The translations under genes and the position numbers were made by a program. This document shows positions 37,514 to 45,023 of a stretch of DNA of 64,000 nt, piece after piece. The DNA is from Fimbriimonadaceae bacterium. Lineage in GTDB: Bacteria > Armatimonadota > UBA10988. The stretch is taken from assembly GCA_020850355.1 (NCBI GenBank), contig JADZEX010000026.1:8110-72109 (forward strand), in the 5' to 3' direction. The notes under the pieces are model-generated. The model ran no database searches. It was not told the DNA's origin and was given only the letters and a program-made list of their open reading frames with translations. How positions within the stretch are numbered: position 1 is the stretch's first letter; the number at the start of each line of letters is the position of its first letter.

Positions 37514-38775
37514 TTGACGGTGAACGGCCTCCAGCCCGCGTGATAGGTCGGGTTCAAGACGCACACGATGGTGAACGCGGCAGCGACCTGCATTACGAGC
37601 AACAAACCCACCCAGACCGCCGGCAGGCGCCACCGCGGCGGCAGGTTGCGCAGCCCGCTGGCCAAGGCCAGCGCCAGGGCCGGCTGGGCCGCCAGGACAT
37701 AGCGCCCGCCCATGTTGAACTCCACGTCGGCCAGCCAGAAGGCGAGCTGCTGGCCCGCCAGGATGCCGAGCAGCAAGACCGCGCCGAGCGTCAGGGCGAC
37801 CGCCAGCGGCGGCTCCACCCCTCGGCGCAGGCCGGTCAGGCCGGCCAGCAGCAGGGCCGTCAGGGCGCCGTAGCAGAGCACCACCGGAAACACCGGCCAG
37901 TCGATCTGCGGACTCGGCCAGCCGGGCAGCCAGTCGGGCTGGCACCAGCTCGAGAGGTAGGTGTTGCGCAGCGTCAGGGCCAGCAACTGCGGAGCCGTGG
38001 CGCCGCGATCCAGTTGGGCCAACGCCGACCCGTACGGCGCAGCGGTCTTCAGCACAGGCGAGCCGTAGAGGCGGGCGTTGCGGATGAACCAGGGCGCCGC
38101 CAGCAGCGCCGCCAGGGCCAGCGTCAGGCCGAGTTCCCGCCACGCCGCGCGGTCGCCGCGGCGGTGGCGCCAGCAAGCCGTCAGCAGCACCACCGGCCAG
38201 GCCGCCAGCGCCGACAGCTTGGTCAGCAGCCCGCCGGCCAGGGCGGCCCCGAGCACCAGCGCCCGCCGGTCGGACGGCGCCTGCTGCAGGCTCCGCCAGC
38301 AGAGCCAGAGCACCACCGTCGCCAGCAGCGCCACCAGCAGGTCGGGGTTCGGGTGGCAGCCGTACAACAGCACCAGCGGCAGCCAACCGACGCCGGCCAG
38401 GGCGTCGCCCCGCCGCGGGTCGGCCGGGCCGACCAGCTCGCCAAACCAGGCGTTGCAAAGCAGCAGCCAGGCCAACCCGAGCAGACCGGCCACAACGCGC
38501 AGGCCGAGGTCCAGCGGCACCTCGCCGAGCGGTTGCAGGACCCAGGTGGCCGGGACGTAGAGCAGGTAGCTCAGCGGCGGGTGCTGCGACTCATAGCCCG
38601 CCTCGCCGCCGCGGGGGGCCCACTCCGGCAGGCGCCGCTCGGCCGCCAGGAAGCGGATGTACTGCAGGTGCGCCGGCTCGTCGGGCAGGTGTGGCAACGG
38701 CTGGATCACCGCAAAGACCAGCGTCGCGACGGCGTACCCCAGCAGCACCAGCCGCACGCTCGGCCCACCGCTCAC
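37510..38775 (-). CDS. Polytopic membrane GT-C glycosyltransferase (ArnT/PMT/GT39/GT83-like)
   Basis: About 11 predicted TM helices with an early periplasmic loop. GTG at 38775 overlaps the RibD_C gene stop (GTGA). Positioned with a GT2 polyprenol-P enzyme. Confidence 0.55.
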   Translation of the reverse strand: MSGGPSVRLVLLGYAVATLVFAVIQPLPHLPDEPAHLQYIRFLAAERRLPEWAPRGGEAGYESQHPPLSYLLYVPATWVLQPLGEVPLDLGLRVVAGLLGLAWLLLCNAWFGELVGPADPRRGDALAGVGWLPLVLLYGCHPNPDLLVALLATVVLWLCWRSLQQAPSDRRALVLGAALAGGLLTKLSALAAWPVVLLTACWRHRRGDRAAWRELGLTLALAALLAAPWFIRNARLYGSPVLKTAAPYGSALAQLDRGATAPQLLALTLRNTYLSSWCQPDWLPGWPSPQIDWPVFPVVLCYGALTALLLAGLTGLRRGVEPPLAVALTLGAVLLLGILAGQQLAFWLADVEFNMGGRYVLAAQPALALALASGLRNLPPRWRLPAVWVGLLLVMQVAAAFTIVCVLNPTYHAGWRPFTVK

Positions 38776-39410
38776 GGCAGCACCTCCCACGACGTGAAGA
38801 GCTGCCCCTCCTCGGCCTCGCAAGTCAGCAGTCGGAGCTCGCGCGGCACCGGCAGGCCGCCCCCGTCAACCAGCGTCGGGGCCGTCGCCCCGCCGCACAG
38901 CCGCGGCGCGATGGTCAACTCCAAGCGGTGCAGCGGTGCGGTCTGCAGCCAGGCCGCGTTGAGCTCCCCGCCGCCCAGCAACGCGACCCGCCGCACCCCC
39001 GCGGCCGCCAGCCGGCGCGCCAGCTCGGCGCAGTCCACGGCCTGCTCACCACAGCGCCAGACACCCTCGTCCCACAGCTCCGCAGCCACCGCGGCCGCTT
39101 GCGTCGTGGCCAGCCGCCGCGGGACGCCCTGCCGCGTGAAGAAGGGCAGGTCGGGATCGAAGGTGCCGCGCCGTGAGACGATCACCGTCAGCGGCTGCGG
39201 CGGCTGCCCGGCGGCGGCCCGCGCGGCCAGCAGCGCCGGGTCGCGCAGCGGCACCGTGGTGCGGTGCGCCCGCAACGCCCCGGCGCCCATCACCAGCACC
39301 TCGGCCGCCGCGCAGTGCTGCTCCAGACGCCGCCGATCGGCCGCCCCGAAGTGTACCGCCGTGCGGTCCGGCGGCCCGATCTTGCCATCCACCGAAACCG
39401 CCGCCAGCAT
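38772..39410 (-). CDS. RibD C-terminal domain / dihydrofolate-reductase-like NADPH reductase
   Basis: MLAAVSVDGKIG...RRRLEQHCAAAEVLVMGAGALRA matches the RibD_C/DHFR-like fold (PF01872-like). The start could be 39443. Confidence 0.55.
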   Translation of the reverse strand: MLAAVSVDGKIGPPDRTAVHFGAADRRRLEQHCAAAEVLVMGAGALRAHRTTVPLRDPALLAARAAAGQPPQPLTVIVSRRGTFDPDLPFFTRQGVPRRLATTQAAAVAAELWDEGVWRCGEQAVDCAELARRLAAAGVRRVALLGGGELNAAWLQTAPLHRLELTIAPRLCGGATAPTLVDGGGLPVPRELRLLTCEAEEGQLFTSWEVLP

Positions 39411-39604
39411 CGTCACCCGCACCCGACTCTCCGCCGCCAGCATACCAGATCGCGCCCGCGGTTTCCAAATACCCTATTGCCTAGCGACAAGGTCGGCATT
39501 AAACTGCCGGCGACGTTGCCGCGTTGACAGGGCGGCGGGCGCGGGTCACCATGAGGTGCGTGGCGCCCAGGCCGGAAGAGCGGCGACCGAGGGAGTTTTG
39601 GACC

Positions 39605-40576
39605 ATGAAGATCGCGGCTGATGTGACGCAGTTGGTGGGCAACACGCCGCTCGTGAAGCTGAATCGCGTGACTGCCGGGGCGGTGGCTGAGGTGGCGGCG
39701 AAGCTGGAGTCGTTCAACCCGCTGGGCTGCGTCAAGGAGCGCATCGGGGTGGCGATGATCGAGGCGGCCGAGCGTGATGGGCTGGTCAACGCCGAGACCA
39801 TCATCGTCGAGCCGACCAGCGGCAACACCGGCATCGGGCTGGCGATGATGTGTGCGGCGCGCGGCTACAAGCTGGTCCTGACGATGCCCGAATCGATGAG
39901 CATCGAGCGCCGCAATCTGGTCAAGGCGTTGGGCGCGCAGTTGGTCCTGACGCCGGCCAGCGAGGGCATGCCCGGCGCGATTCGGCGGGCCGAGGAGATC
40001 GCCGCCAGGTTCACCAACAGCTTCGTGCCGCAGCAGTTCAAGAACCCGGCCAACCCGGCGATTCACGAGACCACCACCGCCGAAGAGATCTGGCGCGACA
40101 CCGACGGCCAGGTCGACATCATTGTCGGCGGGGTCGGCACCGGCGGCACGATCACTGGCTGCGCGCGGGCGCTGAAGCCGCGCAAGCCGGGGCTGCGCTT
40201 CGTGGCGGTTGAGCCGGCGGCCTCGGCGGTGCTCACCAAGGGGCCCGAGGCCAAGGGGCCGCACCCGATCCAGGGGATCGGCGCGGGCTTCGTCCCGGAC
40301 GTGATGGACGTCAGCCTGATGGACGAGGTCTACACCGTCGCCACCGAGGACGCCATCGCGACGGCGCGGGCACTCGGGCGCGACGAAGGGATTCTGGTGG
40401 GTGTTTCGTGCGGCGCGGCGGCGGCGGCGGCCATCGACATCGCCAAGCGGCCCGAGAACGCCGGCAAGCTGATCGTGGTGGTGCTCCCGGACACCGGCGA
40501 GCGTTACCTCTCGACGCCGACGTTTGCCGACAACCCTGCCAAGGTGCATGTTCCGGAGCTGGCGGACGCCGGCTAG
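39605..40576 (+). CDS. cysK: Cysteine synthase (O-acetylserine sulfhydrylase)
   Basis: PLP lysine motif [17 protein letters not shown] loop [19 protein letters not shown]. Confidence 0.9.
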   Translation: MKIAADVTQLVGNTPLVKLNRVTAGAVAEVAAKLESFNPLGCVKERIGVAMIEAAERDGLVNAETIIVEPTSGNTGIGLAMMCAARGYKLVLTMPESMSIERRNLVKALGAQLVLTPASEGMPGAIRRAEEIAARFTNSFVPQQFKNPANPAIHETTTAEEIWRDTDGQVDIIVGGVGTGGTITGCARALKPRKPGLRFVAVEPAASAVLTKGPEAKGPHPIQGIGAGFVPDVMDVSLMDEVYTVATEDAIATARALGRDEGILVGVSCGAAAAAAIDIAKRPENAGKLIVVVLPDTGERYLSTPTFADNPAKVHVPELADAG

Positions 40577-40591
40577 CGGGCCGAGAAGGTC

Positions 40592-41830
40592 GTGACACAA
40601 ACCTGGCGTTGGCTGCTCGCGCCGGCGCTGCTGATCGCTTTGGTCAGCGGCTGCCGGCGCGCCCCTGTTCCCGAAGGCCCAACCCCGCCGGCCGGCCCGC
40701 CGCCCAGCGCGGCCGAGCCGCTACGGATCGGGGCGATCTTCCCACTCAGCGGGGGTGCTGGACGGATCGGTGAGATGAAGCGGCAGGGCGCCGACCTGGC
40801 GGTGCAGCATCTCAACGCCGCTGGCGGCGTCCACGGGCGACCGCTGGAGATTGTCTACGCCGACAGCAAGAACCAGGCCACCGAGGCCGGCGCCGCGTTC
40901 GCGAAGCTGGTCGATGTCGAGCGGGTGCCGGTGGTGATGTCGGCGATGAGCCAGGTCTCCCTGGCGCTGGCGGCGCCGGCCGACCGCCAGCAGGTGGTGC
41001 TGTTCGCCAACGCCAGCCACCCGGCGCTGCCGGGCAAGAGCCCCTTCGTGTTCCGCAACCTCCCCTCGACTAAGCTCGGGGCGCCGCTGCTGGCCGAAAC
41101 CGCCTGGCGCGATCTGGGGCTGCGGCGGGTGGCGGTGTTGCACATCAACGACGAGTACGGCGCGGAGGCGCGGAAGCTCTTCGAAGAGAAGTTCCGCAGC
41201 CTCGGCGGGCAGGTCGTCGGGAGCCAGACCTTTGAGGTCAGCTCGACCGACCTGCGGGCGGCGCTCGGCAGCCTGGCGCGGCAGCGGCCGGACGGCTGGT
41301 ACATCCCCGGCTACGGCGCGGCGCTGGGGCTGGCGCTGAAGCAGAAGCGCGAACTGAAGCTGCCGGGCCTGGTGCTCTGCGACCTGGGGCTGGTCGATGC
41401 CAACGTGCTGAAGTCGGCTGGCCCGGCGGCCGACCGCGTCGTGGTGGCGGCGCCGGACTTCGACCCGGCATCGACGCGCGAGGCCGTGCAGCGCTTCGTG
41501 CGCGGCTTCGAGCAGGCCTACCAGGAGTCCCCGTCGTTCGACGCGGCCTTTCAGTACGACGCGGTGTTCCTGATCGCCGACGCCCTGAAGCGGGCGAAGG
41601 AGCCGTCGGGCGACGCCATCCGCGTGGCCTTGGCGGCGACCAGCGACTTCGTCGGGGTCTGCGGGCCGACTAAGTTCGACACTCAGGGCGACGCCGACCT
41701 GACGATGGTGGTGCGGATGATGCTGGACGGCAAGCTGACCAGCCTGGAGGCCCTGCCGACGGCGCCGGTGCCGGCCAAACCCGTCGGTAAGGCGCCCAGC
41801 AAGCCGAGCGACGAGACCGGCGGGGAATGA
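40592..41830 (+). CDS. ABC transporter substrate-binding lipoprotein (LivK / branched-chain amino acid family)
   Basis: Lipoprotein signal LIALVSGC. Type-I periplasmic binding fold features (IGAIFPLSG...). Confidence 0.7.
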   Translation: MTQTWRWLLAPALLIALVSGCRRAPVPEGPTPPAGPPPSAAEPLRIGAIFPLSGGAGRIGEMKRQGADLAVQHLNAAGGVHGRPLEIVYADSKNQATEAGAAFAKLVDVERVPVVMSAMSQVSLALAAPADRQQVVLFANASHPALPGKSPFVFRNLPSTKLGAPLLAETAWRDLGLRRVAVLHINDEYGAEARKLFEEKFRSLGGQVVGSQTFEVSSTDLRAALGSLARQRPDGWYIPGYGAALGLALKQKRELKLPGLVLCDLGLVDANVLKSAGPAADRVVVAAPDFDPASTREAVQRFVRGFEQAYQESPSFDAAFQYDAVFLIADALKRAKEPSGDAIRVALAATSDFVGVCGPTKFDTQGDADLTMVVRMMLDGKLTSLEALPTAPVPAKPVGKAPSKPSDETGGE

Positions 41831-42711
41831 GCGACCTGCTGTTGCAGGGACTGGTCGCGGGCGCGCGCCTGGCGCTGATCTCGTTCGGCTTTGGGCTGGT
41901 CTACGCGACCACCGGCATCTTCCACTTCGCCCACGGCGCGACCTACGCCCTGGCGGGCTACGCCGCCTGGCTGGCCATCGACCGCGGCGGCCTGCCCTGG
42001 CCGGCGGCGCTGGCGATCGCCCTGGCGGTGGCCTGGGTAGCCGGCTGGCTGGTCGAGGTCTGGCTCTACCGCCCGCTCCGCGCCCGGCGCGCCGCCACCG
42101 ACACGCTGTTTCTGACCAGCCTGGCGGCCTACACGCTGGTGGCCAACCTGCTGGCCCTGGCGTGCGGCCACGAGAGCCAGCCGCTCGGCCTGGATTTCGG
42201 GAGCGTGGTGCTGCGCGAAGGCGGCCCGGACGGCCTGCCGCTGGTCTTGACCGGCGTGCAGCTCGCCACGGTGGCGGCGGCCGGGCTGCTCTTCGGGCTG
42301 ACCTGGCTGTTGCTCACCCGCACCCCCTTCGGGCTGCGGGTCCGGGCGGTGGCGGCCAATCCGGACCTCGCCGCGGCGCTCGGCATCGACAGCGTGCGGC
42401 TGTTGCCGCAGGTCGTCGCGTTGGGGTCCTTGCTGGGTGGCGTCGCGGCCTGCTGCCAGGCGGCCGATGTCGGTGTGCAGCCCCAGATGGGCCTCGAAGC
42501 CGTCGTCGCGGCGGCCGTCGCGGTCGTCGTAGGCGGCGTCGGCTCGCTGCCCGGCACGGCCCTCGCCGGTCTGCTCCTGGGCCTCGTCCGCCACAGCGCG
42601 GCCTACACCTTCGGCGCCCGTTGGGAGGACGTCCTGACCTTCGCGCTGCTGCTGGTCATGCTGCTGCTGCGACCGCGAGGGTTGTTTGGGCAGGCGCCGA
42701 GGCGGAGTTGA
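41827..42711 (+). CDS. Branched-chain amino acid ABC transporter permease (LivH-like)
   Basis: 8 TM helices. ATGA overlap with the SBP gene. No ATPase or second permease follows. Confidence 0.7.
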   Translation: MSDLLLQGLVAGARLALISFGFGLVYATTGIFHFAHGATYALAGYAAWLAIDRGGLPWPAALAIALAVAWVAGWLVEVWLYRPLRARRAATDTLFLTSLAAYTLVANLLALACGHESQPLGLDFGSVVLREGGPDGLPLVLTGVQLATVAAAGLLFGLTWLLLTRTPFGLRVRAVAANPDLAAALGIDSVRLLPQVVALGSLLGGVAACCQAADVGVQPQMGLEAVVAAAVAVVVGGVGSLPGTALAGLLLGLVRHSAAYTFGARWEDVLTFALLLVMLLLRPRGLFGQAPRRS

Positions 42712-42740
42712 CGGGGGGCTCGCGACCACGGACGGCTGGG

Positions 42741-43121
42741 TCAGTAAGGTCGTTCCGTGCGCACGTCTGGCAGCGGTTCGAAGTGCCGCAGATTGAGGGT
42801 CACCACGGCCAGGTCGTGCGACCAGGCCGTGGCCGCGATCAAGCAGTCGAGGAAGCCCACGCCATGCGATAGCCGCTTGGCCGCCAGTAGCTCGACCGCG
42901 CGCATCGAGATCTGGGAGTCAATCGGGAGCAGTACAAAGCGGGCCAGTTCCTCCTCAACCCGATGCTGCTCGTTACGGTTGCGGCATCCGATCAGCAGCT
43001 CTGCAGAGGTCACTACCGAAACTGCCGATGCGCGCACCGCCCCCGGGTCGAGCCAATCGGCTGCCTGCTGGGAGCCGCGCAGAAGGTCCACCAACAGGCT
43101 GGTGTCCAGGAGCCAGGCCAC
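42741..43121 (-). CDS. vapC: PIN-domain toxin VapC
   Basis: GTG start. AWLLDTSLLVDLL (first acidic residue), later D/E of the PIN fold. 1-nt gap after the antitoxin stop. Confidence 0.6.
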   Translation of the reverse strand: MAWLLDTSLLVDLLRGSQQAADWLDPGAVRASAVSVVTSAELLIGCRNRNEQHRVEEELARFVLLPIDSQISMRAVELLAAKRLSHGVGFLDCLIAATAWSHDLAVVTLNLRHFEPLPDVRTERPY

Positions 43122-43122
43122 C

Positions 43123-43383
43123 TCACGGCTCACTGGCGACCGGCCGTTCCGCGGCGGCAGTGCGCAGCGCACGAGCGAAGGCCGCGGGGTCGGCGGCCTC
43201 GGCGCGGTCCGACCAGATCCCGAACGCCGGATGCAGCGGCTCCGCGTCTGCGTCCCGCGGCTCGGTTGGGGCGGCTTCGTACAGTACAATCAGCTCCACC
43301 GGGCCGGTCGGCAGCGTGACGCGGTCGGGCAGAATCAGTTGGCCAGATTGGTCCACCTCGGCGCGCAGTCGACGGGCGTACAT
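43123..43383 (-). CDS. vapB: Putative VapB-type antitoxin
   Basis: Small (86 aa) ORF immediately upstream of the PIN toxin. N-terminal RLRAEVDQSGQLILP resembles AbrB/swapped-hairpin antitoxins. Confidence 0.45.
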   Translation of the reverse strand: MYARRLRAEVDQSGQLILPDRVTLPTGPVELIVLYEAAPTEPRDADAEPLHPAFGIWSDRAEAADPAAFARALRTAAAERPVASEP

Positions 43384-43447
43384 GGTCGACTCCCACGAGC
43401 ATTATGCGCTACCGGCGGGCGCTCGTCCAGCCTGACGGCGGTTGCCG

Positions 43448-44134
43448 CTACCGCGGATCCTGCCCCTCCAGTCGCGCCACCAGGACAATCCGGTGGTGGC
43501 CGCGGCCTTCGCGCAGGCAGGAGCCGCAGAGCATCGGCTGGCGGTAGGCGGCCCGGCGGGTGTATTGCCGTTCGCAGTGGGGGCAGTGGTAGACCACCCG
43601 CCGGTCGCTGCCGGGGTAGGCGTGGCGGGGGCCTTTCGGATCGCCAGGGACGCCGTAGCGGATGCTGCAGTGCCCGCGTTCGAGCATCTTGCGGCGGAAC
43701 TCCGCGGTATGGCCGGCGGGCAGGCCGCGGGTGTAGAGCCAGAGGTGGATCAGCTCATGAAAGACCACCTCGACCCGCGTCGCCGGCAGCTCCTCGAGGC
43801 GGAAGTAGTTCAGCTCCAGGTCCCGCCGCCGCGGGTCGATCCGGCCGCCGAGGCTGCGCAGGCGGGGGTTGATGCGGATCCGGAGCGGCGGCAGGACCCC
43901 GGCGAAGTGTGCCTCGTTGAGCTGGTCGTAGTCGTCGTAAGCGGCCACCAGGTGCGACAGGTCGACCTCCCGCGGCGCCGGCAGCAGCTCGAACGGCGGG
44001 ACCAGGAAGCCGGGCCAGCCGCGCGGGTAGGCCGGCGGCCGGGCATTGCGGCGAGCCGCCTGTTCCAGCGCCGGCGGCGGCTGCCAGCCGCGCGCGGCGG
44101 CCCACCGCTGCAGCACCATCGCGGCCGGCGTCAC
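43448..44134 (-). CDS. SprT-like zinc metalloprotease domain protein
   Basis: HELIHLW HExxH motif. C-terminal Cys-rich zinc ribbon (CPHCERQ...CGSC). Confidence 0.65.
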   Translation of the reverse strand: MTPAAMVLQRWAAARGWQPPPALEQAARRNARPPAYPRGWPGFLVPPFELLPAPREVDLSHLVAAYDDYDQLNEAHFAGVLPPLRIRINPRLRSLGGRIDPRRRDLELNYFRLEELPATRVEVVFHELIHLWLYTRGLPAGHTAEFRRKMLERGHCSIRYGVPGDPKGPRHAYPGSDRRVVYHCPHCERQYTRRAAYRQPMLCGSCLREGRGHHRIVLVARLEGQDPR

Positions 44135-44976
44135 AGCCCGGCCGCCGCCAGCACCTGCCGCGTCGCCGCCAGGCCGCGGGCGATGTTCTCGGCGACCGGC
44201 AAGGCCCAGTAGCCAGGGTTGAACAGCTCCAAGGACAGCGGCCCCTGGTAGCCGGCGGCGACCAGGGTGCGCAGCAGCGCCACCAGCGGCAGGCAGCCCT
44301 GGCCGGGATAGACGCGGTCGGCGTCGAGCTGCTCGAAGCGCGGCGGGTCGCTGGCTGGGGCGTCGTTGAAGTGGCAGATGCCGATCTGCGCGGCGGGCAC
44401 CTGCGCCACCCTGTTGAAGCCCGACCCGCCGCGCCAGAGGTGGAACGGATCCAACACCAGCGTCGCCTGCGGATGGTCGGCCAGCTCGACCACGGCCTGC
44501 GCCTGTTCCAGGGCGTAGATGCTGCCGAAGAAGCCGAGGAACTCCATCATCGGCCAGATCCCGAGGCTGTCACCCAGTTCCAGCAGGGCGCGGTAGCGCG
44601 CCGCCACGTCGTCCAGGTCGACCGACCCGAACTCCGGCTGGCGCGGTCCGCTGGGCGTCGCCACGATGCGCTGGCTGCCGACGGCCCGGGCGACTTCCAT
44701 CCGGCGGCGACACTCGGCCAGCTCGGCGGCCCCGACGCCAGCGGCGCTCCAGCCGAACAGCGTGATCACGCTGGGACAGGTCAGCCCGTGGTCGTCCAGC
44801 AGGGCCTTCACCTCGGCCAGGCTGCCGCCCGCGGCGACATGGTCGTCGAGCTCCTTGATCCACATCTCGAGGTGGGTGTAGCCGGCCTCGGCGGCGACCG
44901 CGACCTTGGTCGCCAGCGGCACGGTCGACTCCACGAAGGGGCTGCAGAAGCAACTGGTGTTGAGGCAAAGCTGCAT
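44131..44976 (-). CDS. Sugar phosphate isomerase/epimerase (xylose-isomerase-like TIM barrel)
   Basis: THLEMW...HFND...LELF metal-binding residues of the AP_endonuc_2 fold. 4-nt overlap with SprT. Confidence 0.7.
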   Translation of the reverse strand: MQLCLNTSCFCSPFVESTVPLATKVAVAAEAGYTHLEMWIKELDDHVAAGGSLAEVKALLDDHGLTCPSVITLFGWSAAGVGAAELAECRRRMEVARAVGSQRIVATPSGPRQPEFGSVDLDDVAARYRALLELGDSLGIWPMMEFLGFFGSIYALEQAQAVVELADHPQATLVLDPFHLWRGGSGFNRVAQVPAAQIGICHFNDAPASDPPRFEQLDADRVYPGQGCLPLVALLRTLVAAGYQGPLSLELFNPGYWALPVAENIARGLAATRQVLAAAGL

Positions 44977-45023
44977 CGGTCTCTCCGGCCAGGATCAGTT
45001 GGTTGCGGGGGCGAGCTTTCCTG

